Assembly: GCF_964213995.1 (NCBI RefSeq)
Contig: NW_027590293.1
Span: 62,001 to 126,000 of the forward strand
Length of the DNA: 64,000 nt
Source of the DNA: Mustelus asterias
Lineage: Eukaryota
Direction: 5' to 3'
Part shown: piece by piece, positions 53,327-64,000 of the stretch
How positions within the stretch are numbered: position 1 is the first letter of the stretch
Layout of the letters: each line of letters starts with the position of its first letter
Notes under the pieces: model-generated
Databases searched by the model: none
What the model saw: only the letters and a program-made list of their open reading frames with translations
Told to the model about the DNA's origin: nothing
Position numbers and translations under genes: made by a program

Positions 53327-54944
53327 AAATGTCAGAGGTAATAGTGGATGCGTTAGTGATTATTTATCAAAACTCGTTGCATTCTGGGGTAGTGCCGGTT
53401 GATTGGAAAACGGCTAATGTTACGCCGCTGTTTAAAAAAGGAAGGAGACAAAAGGCGGGTAACTATAGGCCGGTCAGCTTAACGTCTGTAGTAGGGAAAA
53501 TGCTGGAATCCATTATTAAAGAGGAGATAGCAGGGCATCTGGATAGAAATGGTTCGATCAATCAGACGCAGCATGGATTCATGAGGGGAAAGTCGTGCTT
53601 GACGAACATGTTGGATTTTTATGAAGATGTGACTAGGGCGGTTGATGGAGGAGAACCGGTGGATGCGGTGTTTTTGGATTTCCAAAAGGCGTTTGATAAG
53701 GTGCCCCATAAAAGGCTGCTGAAGAAGATTAGGGCACACGGAGTTGGGGGTAGTGTGTTAAAGTGGATTGGGGACTGGCTATCCGACAGGAAGCAAAGAG
53801 TCGGAATAAATGGGTGTTTTTCCGGTTGGAGGAAGGTAACTAGTGGCGTGCCGCAGGGATCGGTACTCGGGCCGCAACTGTTTACCATTTATATAGATGA
53901 TCTGGAGGAGGGGACGGAGTGTAGGGTAACGAAGTTTGCAGACGACACAAAGATAAGTGGAAAAGTGAATCGTGTGGAGGACGGAGAAGATCTGCAGAGA
54001 GATTTGGACAGGCTGAGTGAGTGGGCGAGGATATGGCAAATGGAGTATAACGTTGACAAATGCGAGGTTATACACTTGAGGAAATAATAACAAATGGGAT
54101 TACTATCTCAATGGAAACAAATTAAAACATGCTACCGTGCAAAGGGACCTGGGGGTCCTTGTGCATGAGACGCAAAAGCCCAGTCTGCAGGTACAACAGG
54201 TGATCAAGAAGGCAAATGGGATGTTGGCCTATATTGCGAAGGGGATAGAATATAAAAGCAGGGATGTCTTGATGCACCTGTACAGGGCATTGGTGAGGCC
54301 GCAGCTGGAATACTGTGTGCAGTATTGGTCCCCTTATATGAGGAAGGATATATTGGCATTGGAGGGAGTGCAGAGGAGGTTCACCAGGTTGATACCGGAG
54401 ATGAGGGGTTTGGATTATGAGGAGAGGCTGAGGAGATTGGGTTTGTACTCGTTGGAGTTTAGAAGGATGAGGGGGGATCTTATGGAGACTTATAAGATAA
54501 TGCGGGGGCTGGATAGGGTGGAGGCGGAGAGATTCTTTCCACTTAGTAAGGAAGTTAAAACTAGAGGACACAGCCTCAAAATAAAGGGGGGTCGGTTTAA
54601 GACAGAGTTGAGGAGGAACTTCTTCTCCCAGAGGGTGGTGAATCTCTGGAATTCTCTGCCCACTGAGGTGGTGGAGGCTACCTCGCTGAATAGGTTTAAA
54701 GCGCGGATGGATGGATTCCTGATCGGTAAGGGAATTAAGGGTTATGGGGATCAGGCGGGTAAGTGGTACTGATCCACGTCAGATCAGCCATGATCTTATT
54801 GAATGCCGGGCAGGCTCGAGGGGCTAGATGGCCTACTCCTGCTCCTATTTCTTATGTTCTTATTTATTTGTCTGGCAGCCTGCATGGAAATTTTCAGCTC
54901 TCTGCATCCAGGGCAAGAAGCAGTGAGCATGGATCTGTCAATCA

Positions 54945-55295
54945 CACATGAGGACGGCCTCAACCGGGATCTTGGGTTCATGTCACACTATCTGTAACCC
55001 CCACAACTTGCCTGGGCTTGCAAAATCTCACTAACTGTCCTGGCTGGAGACAATACACATCTCTTTAACCTGTGCTTCACCCTCTCTCCACTCACATTGT
55101 CTGTACCTTTAAGACTTGATTACCTGTAAAGACTCTTCCAACCATTATTTTGTAAATTGAGTTTGTGTCTCTGTGCCCTGTTTGTGAATAGAACTCCCAC
55201 TCACCTGATGAAGAGCAGCGCTCCAAAATCCTGTGGCTTATGCCACCAAATTAACCTGTTGGATTTTAACCTGGAGTTGTGACATTACTTACTGT
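54945..55295 (+). mobile_element. Penelope-like element 3' end / pseudo-LTR
   Basis: HEDGLNRDLGFMSHYL* (C-terminus of a GIY-YIG-bearing ORF) and a degenerate hammerhead at ~55200. Confidence 0.75.
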
Positions 55296-55424
55296 CTGAG
55301 GCTGAACTAGGCTGTTCACAACCAGGGTGAAATAGTTCATCCCAATATGAGCTTCCAGCCACGTCCACATCATCATCAAGACCACCTTCATTCAAAGTAA
55401 TTAATTAATTAACAGTAATGAATC

Positions 55425-55723
55425 ATAAAATACATTGTAAGAGGAGGCCATTCAGCCCATCGAGCCTGCACCGACAACAATCCCATCCAGGCCCTATCCA
55501 CATATTTACCTGTTAATCCCCCTGATACCAAGTGGCAATTTATCATGGCCAATCCGTCTAACCGGCACATCTTTGGACTGTGGAAGGAAACCGGAACACC
55601 CGGAGGAAACCCACACAGACACGGGGGGAATGTAGAAACTCTGCACAGACAGTGACCCGAGGCTGGAATTGAACCCGGGTCCCTGGCGCTGTTAGGCAGC
55701 TGCACTAACCACTGTGCCACCGG
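55425..55723 (-). mobile_element. HE1/V-SINE
   Basis: Same consensus. Confidence 0.85.
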
Positions 55724-55776
55724 GCCACATGTCAGTGCCATCGCCCGACTCCAGCCCAGTCTCAGCTCATCTGGAA

Positions 55777-55915
55777 CCCTCACCCATTCCATTGTGACAT
55801 CACACTCTCACCCATTCCATTGTGACGTCACACTCTCACCCATTCCATTGTGACATCACACTCTCACCCATTCCATTGTGACCTCACACTCCCACCCATT
55901 CCATTGTGACGTCAG
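55777..55915 (-). repeat. 28-bp CRE tandem repeat x5 (inverted paralog of 22687)
   Basis: cacccattccattgtgacgtcacactct units. Confidence 0.92.
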
Positions 55916-56324
55916 GGCTTCACTCTCCGATCACAATCCCTGCCGGCCTCCCACATGCAGCCTCAATGGCGGCAGTCAGCCCGGGTCTAACACTACAAGC
56001 TGCCGCTCCATTTGGTACAAAGGGGGGGAACCGGGAAGTTCATTTCCGGGGATTGGGTTTGAACAACATGCTTACAAAGTCTCTCCACCCACCCGCCACA
56101 TTTATCATTCCCCGCACGCCGCCCTCTACCTCGGATTGATCTCGCTTCCGAGTTAAAACCGTCCGTCCGTCGCCATTACCCGCACTGCGAATGCTTCAGG
56201 TCCCGCCCCTCCTTCACTCCGATTGGTTGGAGGACCAGCCGCTCCAGCTCGGTCCTCCAGACCCGCCCCCTCTTCCTATTGGTCCGGAGCTGCCGTCAAT
56301 CAGTCCCCGGGCATTGTGATGTGG

Positions 56325-56668
56325 TCATGATGTGGAGATGCCGGCGTTGGACTGGGGTAAACACAGTAAGAAGTTTAACAACACCTGGTTAAAGTCCAAC
56401 AGGTTTATTTGGTAGCAAAAGCCACACAAGCTTTCGAGGCTCTAAGCCCCTTCTTCAGGTGAGTGGGAATTCTGTTCACAAACAGAATTTATAAAGACAC
56501 AGACTCAATTTACATGAATAATGGTTGGAATGCGAATACTTACAACTAATCCAGTCTTTAAGAAACAAAACAATGGGAGTGGAGAGAGCATCAAGACAGG
56601 CTAAAAAGATGTGTATTGTCTCCAGACAAGACAGCCAGTGAAACTCTGCAGGTCCACGCAACTGTGGA
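56325..56668 (-). mobile_element. Penelope-like pseudo-LTR
   Basis: Homologous to 54990-55295 and 39345-39505; contains a hammerhead motif. Confidence 0.75.
56421..56467 (-). ncRNA. Minimal type I hammerhead ribozyme motif
   Basis: CAC-CUGAAGA-A-GGGGCU/UAG/AGCCUC-GAAA-GCUU-GUG. Confidence 0.7.
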
Positions 56669-57471
56669 CGCAATATTTGTAACTCCCACAATTATTTTCT
56701 GTGACTGATGATACCTTTGTGCCTGTGCAGGAGGTAATTCCGCTGCTGTTGTGGCACAAATAAAATGGAGCTTTTCCAAGGAACAGGCCGATGTTAATGG
56801 TCATTGTGGTGTTTCATTGGTGAGCAGAGCACGTGTGCCCATTGTGGTAACAACAGAGTCAGTGGGGCTGCACGGCCCCTGACTTGGACGGAAAATAATT
56901 GACTCCTTGATTGTACTCTCAATCTGCACATGGCCTGCAGGACTGAATCCAGCTGGAGGGAGAGGGAGCTGGGCTCAGAGTGGAGATGGGGCAATGAGAT
57001 TGATTTCAGCTCAGGGACAAGAGAGAGTGTGTGGGATGGGGATTACAGCTCAAGATAAATGAGACAGAGAAATGTTTCGTGGAAACTGAAATTGTCTGTT
57101 CTGAAGCAGTTTTTTAAAACTCTTTGTGCAGGGAACTAGAAGAGGAAGATTCACAGACAGGAAACTCAAACTAAACTTCAGATCAAAGTCTGACAGAGCC
57201 ATTCGATTCATCATGACCTAAATATGATTGCTTTTGACAGTGGAGGGATAAATCGTTCCCTGTTTTGTCAGTGGAAGAAAATTTCGAAATTCAATGTGAC
57301 AGAAAAAGAACTGAGACACACACATACACCCAAGTGAGAGTGCTCCAGTGAACTGACTGTGGATAGAGCTTTAACCAGTTACATAGCCTGAAAAACATCA
57401 CACCATGGTCTGTATGTGGATGAGGCTTCAACTAATCATCCAACCTGGAGAGACAGAAGGACACCAGCACC

Positions 57472-57895
57472 ATGGACAAACCGTGGAAATGTGAGGATTG
57501 TGGTAAAGGATTCAATTATCCATCCCGGTTGGAAACCCATCGACACGGTCACATTAGGGCTGGGAAAATGGAGAAACCATGGAAATGTGATGATTGTGAT
57601 AAAGGATTCAATTATCTGTACTTGCTGGAAAACCATAGACTCAGTCACACTGGAGCGAGGCCATCTGTTCTGTGTTTGGGAAAGGATTCACTATCCCACC
57701 TGCTGTTACACCAGCAAATTCACACTGAGGAGAGGCCGTTCAGCTGCTCCACCTGTGGAAAGGGGTTCTCATGTTCATCCAACCTCAGTGCACATCAGCG
57801 AGTTCACACTGGGGAGAGATTGTTCACCTGCTCCTTGTGTGGGAAGGATTTTGCTGGGCCATCCAGTCTTTGGACACAACAGTGAATTCACACAG
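57472..57895 (+). pseudogene. Degenerate ZNF Z10, truncated by a CR1 insertion
   Basis: MDKPWKC/MEKPWKC duplicated first finger, broken third finger, stop at 57885, CR1 from ~57905. Confidence 0.75.
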
Positions 57896-57904
57896 GATAT
57901 ATAT

Positions 57905-58865
57905 AATATATATAAATGATTTGGAGGAAAATGTAACTGGATTGATAGGTACGTTTGCGGACGACACAAAGGTTGGTGGATTTGCGGATAGTGATTAGGA
58001 CCATCAGAGGATACAGCAGGATATAGGCCAGTTGGAGACTTGGGTGGAGAGATGACAGATGGAGTTTAACCCGGACAAATGTGAGGTAATGCAGTTTGGA
58101 AGGTCTAATACAGATAGGAAATATACAGTAAATGGCAGAACCTTTAACAATATTGATAGGCAGAGGGATCTGGGTGTACAGGTACACAGATTACTGAAAG
58201 TGGCAATGCAGATGGAGAAGGTCATCAAGAAGGTATACGGCTTGCTTACCTTCATCGGCTGGGGCATTGAGTTTAAAATTGGCAAGCCATGTTGCAGCTT
58301 TATAGAACCTTAGTTAGGCCGCACTTGGAATATAGTGTTCAATTCTGGTCGCCACACTACCAGAAGGAAGGCTTTGGAGAGGGTCCAGAAAAGATTTACC
58401 AGGATGTTGCCTGGTATGGAGGGCATTAGCTTTGAGGAGAGGTTGGAGAAACTTGGTTTGTTCTCACTTGAGCGATGGAGGTTGAGGGGAGACCTGATAG
58501 AAGTCTACAAGATTATGAGAGGCATGGAAAGAGTGGATTGTCAGAAGCTTTTTCCCAGGGTGGAAGAGTCAATTACTGTGGGGAATAGGTTTAAGGTGCG
58601 AGGGGTAAAGTTTAAAAGAGATGTACGAGGCAGATGTTTTACACAGAGAGTGGTGGGTGCCTGGTATTCATTGCCGGGGGAGGTAGTGGAAGCAGATACG
58701 GTCTTGACTTTTAAGCGACGTCTTGACAAGTACATGAATGAGATGGGAATAGAGGGATATGGTCCCTGGGAGGGTAGTGGGTTTTAGTTAAGTCGGGCAG
58801 TATGGTCGGTGCAGGCTTGGAGGGCCGAACGGCCAGTTCCTGTGCTGCAATTTTCTTTGTTCTTA
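57905..58865 (+). mobile_element. CR1 3' fragment
   Basis: YINDL..FADDTK, MEFNPDKCEV and LRGDLIEVYK. Confidence 0.85.
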
Positions 58866-59404
58866 GTACACAGGGCCAATTTATCTTTCTAGGGGTGAGT
58901 GTGTCTGAGAGGTATGCAACTGGAAAACATTTTCCATTCACCTCCTGCATTGCTGCAGTACATATAGATATCGTTCTCACTCTGCCAGCAGGGCTGTGGG
59001 ATTAATTGGACAAATCTTAAAGACAGCCCGACTGGGCAGGATGTGCCAAGTGGTTTCCATCTGTGATGTATCATTCCATAAAACAGCATCAGGAGAAACA
59101 AAGTGCAAGAAACCAGTCTCTGTGGGACTTACCCAACCAGTGTGAGCACCTTCAGGAGAGCAGAGAGAGGAGAGGAAACCAGTGGGAAAAGTTTTTAAAA
59201 CTCGGGGTATTCCCACAGGAGAGCACTGGTTTAAATTAATTTTAGAAATAGAGAATGGCAGCGCACAAATTCCGAGGAATGCATTTTTAAAAATTAATTG
59301 ATCTTAATTGCACAAGATAATTTTCTATTATTGTCTTTGATTGACAATGACGCCATTAATTCCCAGGTGCCCCTGCGGGTGTGAAAGTGTCCTATTCATT
59401 CCAC

Positions 59405-59745
59405 AGGAGCCTATTGCGCAGGCGCGGTGCTATATCTGGAGCGTGCGCAGTGTCACTTTGCCCAGAGCCCCATGAATGCGGGAGATGCTTTTTTCAACGG
59501 GTGAGTCGGTGGGGCTGCGGGAGAAATGGAGCCGGGAGTCGGGGTAGGGCGGGAGCTCTGGCTTCACAAACACCCGCTGTAGGCCGCACGGCCCGAATAG
59601 ACCCTGCAGGTCCCGGGTTTACAGCTCCCAGGCTTTTATCCCGGGAACAGGCCCCGGTTATCGTCCGCCATCTTGTTTCAGCGGGGAAGGAGAGCGCATG
59701 CGCTGCTGTCGGTGGCGGGTCACAATGGGCGTGGTTTCAGGGGCT
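59405..59745 (+). promoter_or_regulatory. CpG-island promoter, probably of Z11
   Basis: NRF1-like GCGCAGGCGC and GCGCATGCGC, YY1-like CGCCATCTT, and GC boxes. Confidence 0.6.
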
Positions 59746-59776
59746 GGTTCAGAACCTCTGTCTTCAGAGGGACAAT

Positions 59777-60013
59777 AGAATCATAGAAACCCTACAGCAC
59801 AGAAAGAGGCCATTCGGCCCATCGAGTCTGCACCGACCACAATCCCACCCAGGCCCTACCCCCATATCCCTACATATTTTACCCGCTAATCCTTCGAATT
59901 TATGCATCCCAGGACACTAAGTGGCAATTTGTTTTAGCATAGCCAATCGACCTAACCCGCACATCTTTGGACCGTGGGAGGAAACCGGACCACCTGGAGG
60001 AAACCCACGCAGA
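59777..60013 (-). mobile_element. HE1/V-SINE, 5'-truncated and joined to the Tx1 fragment
   Basis: Tail and core are present; the head is missing. Confidence 0.85.
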
Positions 60014-60400
60014 GAGGGGTGGGTCAGGATGGCGACTTCCTCGTGAACCTGCTCCTGGGCCTGGCGAAGCGTGCCATTTATCGGTCCAGGCAGCGGGCGA
60101 TCGAGGGGGCCGTCCACCCTGACTGTCTGCCCCTCTACTGCGGCTACGTTCGTGGCCAGGTGTCACTGGAGAGGGAGCATGTGGTGTCCACGGGCGCGGT
60201 TGACGCCTTCCGCCCCCGTTGGGCACTGCAGGTGTTGGGGTGCGTTATCGACCCTAATAATCACACTTTGATTTGATGTTTTTAAGTTTCCTTTGTACTT
60301 TGATTTTTGTTCGGGCTGTTCCCCCTCCTTTTGGGGAGCTGCCCCTTTTACTTTGTCCTGATTTAACTTGAGTTTGTTTATTTGGTTTGGCCTTAAAAGA
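60014..60400 (+). mobile_element. Tx1-clade retrotransposon 3' end (ORF2 C-terminus and T-rich 3' UTR)
   Basis: DFLVNLLLGLAKRAIYRSRQ...VRGQVSLEREH...FRPRWAL...C resembles the Tx1 ORF2 C-terminus. Confidence 0.75.
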
Positions 60401-61192
60401 GGCCAACATCTGTGAGTAAAACACTTTATTTTCTCCCCCTTTCCATTTCTTTTCTCATTCTGGGGGAAATTGGGGACTTGCAGCAACTGAAGGGAAAGGA
60501 AGTGAATCCAGTCGGTATGTTCCACACATTGTTAGTCCAGTCAGATCGACATATATCTGTCTGGCAGCCTGCATGGAGATTTCCAGCTCTCTCTGTCCAG
60601 GACAGGAAGCAGTGAGCATGGATCTGTCAATCAGCACCTACAGGAGAATTGGGAGGGTGAATATTAGATACAGCAGAGTGAGAATGGAGGGAGAGTGTGT
60701 GGGATGGAGATTTGCAGCTCTTGGGGAATGAGAGTGGAAATAATGTTCCATGGAAACTCGAATTGTCTGTTCTGAATTTCTATCCTGTACTGTCAGTGAT
60801 AACCTTTGTAAACTCCTTTTACAGGATATCAGAAGTTGAGGATTTTACAGACAGAAATCTCAAACCAAACATCACATCAACATCTGACAGAGTCACTCAA
60901 TTCATCGGGACCTGAATATCTTCGGTCTTTGAATCCAGAAGGAGAAATGTTTCTCTGTTCTGTCGGCTTTAGCAGTCTTTAAACATCAGTGTGACTGGAA
61001 CAGGACTGACACACACACACACACACACACACAAAATCAACTGAGATTTTCCCATGCAGTGACTGTGGAAAGAGCTTCCCAGTTACACAGCCGTAAACAA
61101 TATTGCACCATCACAGCAGGGCACTATAATCTTGTTCTGTGTGAGACTTCAACTGATGGTCAAACCTGGAGCAACACAAGGACACCTGCAAC

Positions 61193-62035
61193 ATGGAGAA
61201 ACCGTGGAAATGTGGGGACTGTGGGAAGGGTTGCAAAACCCCCTCTGAGCTGCAAACCCATCGACGTATTCACACTGGAGAGAAGCCGTACACCTGTTCT
61301 GTGTGTGGGAAGGGATTCACTCGGTTATATCATCTGCAGCGACATCGACTGGTTCACACTGGAGAAAGAGCGTTCATCTGCTTTGAGTGTGGGAACGGAT
61401 TCGCTCATTTACCCGATCTGCAGAGACACCAGCGCGTTCACACTGGAGAGAGACCATTCACCTGCTTGGTGTGTGGGAAAGGATTTATGCAGTTATCCAA
61501 TCTGTCGAAACACAAAGTCACTCACAGCAATGAGAAACCCTTTAAATGCTCTGACTGTGGAAGTAGTTTCAAAAGCTCTCGGGAACTGATGATCCACCAG
61601 CGGATTCACACTGGGGAGAGACCGTTCAGCTGCTCTCACTGCACAAAGACATTTAGAACATCATCCCACCTGCGGGAGCACCAGCGAATTCACACCAGGG
61701 AGAGACCGTTCACCTGCTCTGTGTGTGGGAAGGGATTCACTCATTCATCCAGCCTGCTGAGTCACAATCTCACTCACACCCAGGAGAGACCCTTTAAATG
61801 CTCTGACTGTGGCAGTGGTTTCAAAAGTTCTCGGGATCTGGTTATACACCAGCGCATTCACACTGAGGAGAGACCGTTCAGCTGCTCTCACTGCACAAAG
61901 AGATTTAGAACGTCATCCAGCCTGCAGGAGCACCAGCGAGTTCACACTGGGGAGAGACCGTTCACCTGCTGTTTGTGTGGGAAGGGATTCACTCAGTCAT
62001 CCAGCCTGCGGAGACACCAGCGAGTTCACAAATGA
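61193..62035 (+). CDS. C2H2 ZNF Z11 (10 fingers, 280 aa)
   Basis: Intact ORF; shares the [15 protein letters not shown] finger types with Z1 and Z5. Confidence 0.92.
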   Translation: MEKPWKCGDCGKGCKTPSELQTHRRIHTGEKPYTCSVCGKGFTRLYHLQRHRLVHTGERAFICFECGNGFAHLPDLQRHQRVHTGERPFTCLVCGKGFMQLSNLSKHKVTHSNEKPFKCSDCGSSFKSSRELMIHQRIHTGERPFSCSHCTKTFRTSSHLREHQRIHTRERPFTCSVCGKGFTHSSSLLSHNLTHTQERPFKCSDCGSGFKSSRDLVIHQRIHTEERPFSCSHCTKRFRTSSSLQEHQRVHTGERPFTCCLCGKGFTQSSSLRRHQRVHK

Positions 62036-62444
62036 TGACAGGTGTTGGATTCTGCTGTTATTGCTGCTATTAATCACATCCAGGACTGAACCATGTTCAT
62101 TCTGACAGTTGGTGAAGTGGGAGGGTCGGACGGTTTCTTTCTGCTGGACTGGCCGGTCTCACAACTTTGCTTCCAGTGGGCTGATGCTCTTTGAGCCTGG
62201 GAGAGCACATTTCCACTGAAATGATCCACAAAAGCTGATGAAGGACATTTATTTTATCCTGGATAGTAAATAGTGTTTTTCCGACCACTACAGTTAGATC
62301 TGAAATAAATACAGAAAGGACTGGAAAAACGCAGCAGGTCTGGCAGCATCTCTGGAGAGAGAAACAGAGTTAATATTTCACACTACTGGATTGGAGTCAA
62401 TCTAGTAAATCTCCTCTGAACTGCTTCCATGGTATTTATAAAAT

Positions 62445-62770
62445 GGGACAGCACGGCAGCACAGTGGTTAGCACTGCTGCCTCACAACGCCAGGGACCCA
62501 GGTTCAATTCCAGCCTGGGTCACTGTCTGTGTGGAGTTTGTACATTCTCCCCGTGTCTGCGTGGGTTTCCTCTGGGTGCTCCGGTTTCCTCCCACAGTCC
62601 AAAGATGTGTGGGTTAGGTTGATTGGCCATGATAAATTGACCTTTAGTGTCAGGCGGACTGGCTGGAGTAAATGCATGTGGTTATGGGAATAGGGCCTGG
62701 ATGGGATGGTGTTTGGTACAGACTCGATGGACAGAACGGCCTCTGTCTGTACTGTTGGGATTCTACAATC
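62445..62770 (+). mobile_element. HE1/V-SINE
   Basis: Same consensus; absent from the paralogous site at ~41225. Confidence 0.85.
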
Positions 62771-64000
62771 CTTTGTTTAATAGGAGACAAAAACTGCAGC
62801 CACTATTCAAGATGCAGTTTCAGCAACGCCCTGTATAACTGAAGCAGAACATCTTTACTTCAATGTTCAATTTCTCTCAGAATAAAGGACTGCATTCCAT
62901 ATGTAAGAATTTTGATTTGTTTGAACTAAGATTTATGGGGTTCGCTTGTTTACAACAACCTCCCTAATCATAAATCACCCAGGTTCCAGTGACTTAACCA
63001 TTTGGCAAGAAAGAACACTTTAAATGGTGAATTCAGAAAGTTTATTCACCATTAAAAATGTAACAAGTCAGAAAGATAAAAAAGCAAAGTATCGATCAAC
63101 AGTAAAGGAGAAAGCTTAACTTTAACTTCTCTCCATCCCTCTCAGACCAGGACATGAAGTGGTGGCTCTGAAAACACGGATAACTTGTAAAATCAACAGC
63201 TCCCAATACCTCTCTGTAGGGCACAGTGGTTAGCACTGCTGCCTCACAGCACCAGGGACCTGGCTTGGGTCACTGTCTGTACAGAGTCTGCATATTCTCC
63301 CCCTGTCTGTGTGGGTTTTCTCCCACAGACCGAAGGACTTGCTGGTTAGATACATTGAGCATGCTAAATTCTCCCTCAGTTTACCCGAACAGGCGCCAGA
63401 GTGTGGTGACTGGGGGATTTTCAGAGTAACTTCATTGCAGTGTGAAAGGAAGCCGATGTGTGACACTAATAAATAAACTTAAAAACACCTTGAACTTTTA
63501 AAACTTTTGCCAAATTTGTTTCTTGAATCCCCTTTTTTATACTTTCAAAATGTAGAAAGCCCAGCTCAGCCAGTTGTTGGGAATTAGCCAATTGGTCTAT
63601 AACTTGTCAATAATGAAACTGGTTTGGTTTTTAGCTAATTGCACAAATTGTCTGAATTTTGAGACAATTCTTTCTCTCAAACGATATCTCTTAGCTTGGG
63701 GTAGCCTGAGTGTTGACCAATAATTGGTTAATATCAGTCATTCAATGTTGAGACACCTTGAACAGGAGCCAATTCATTCCCTCCAGTCAATGTTAACAAT
63801 GTTTTAAAGTTTATTTATTAATGTCACAAGTAGGCTGACATTAACACTGCAATGAAGTTACTGGGAAAATCCCTCCAGTTGCAACAATCCGGCATCTGTT
63901 CGGGTACACCGAGGGAGAATTTAGCATAGCCAATCCACCTAACCCGAATGTCCTTTGGACTTTGGGAACAAACTGGAGCACCCGGAGGAAACCCACGCAG

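Larger units (their letters stand above)
50650..54860 (+). mobile_element. Near-complete CR1 ORF2 (APE endonuclease + RT) with a nested SINE and a nested CR1
   Basis: EN motifs (NARS, AITETW, MGDFN, LDLVL, SDHN) and RT motifs (YLDFQKAFDKV-type, [14 protein letters not shown]); frameshifted. Confidence 0.92.

Overview
Vertebrate DNA, very probably an elasmobranch (shark). The inference rests on dense HE1/V-SINE-type SINEs, CR1/HER1-type LINEs, Penelope, Rex1, Tx1 and LTR fragments. The window is a cluster of 11 C2H2 zinc-finger (ZNF) genes or pseudogenes on both strands with no recognisable KRAB or other effector domain. They share a cassette: a leader module, a shared splice acceptor, up to three fossilised fingers, an ATG inside a linker (T-MEKPWKC), a finger array and a conserved 3' module. 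An apparently intact T-cell-receptor alpha/delta-type V segment lies inside the cluster, with promoter, leader exon, intron, V exon and 23-RSS (37405-37881). A second, headless 23-RSS with a perfect heptamer (35377-35415) sits at the breakpoint of a duplicated ZNF gene block. Other notable items: a cryptic in-frame C-terminal peptide behind the TGA stops of the ZNF family, a possibly coding leader peptide, a tRNA-Val(GAC)-like copy abutting a Tx1 retrotransposon 5' end, Penelope hammerhead ribozymes, two solo LTRs with target-site duplications (TSDs), CRE-palindrome minisatellites and an 87-bp VNTR. Transposon boundaries are approximate unless junction bases are quoted. Family names come from recognised motifs, not database searches.
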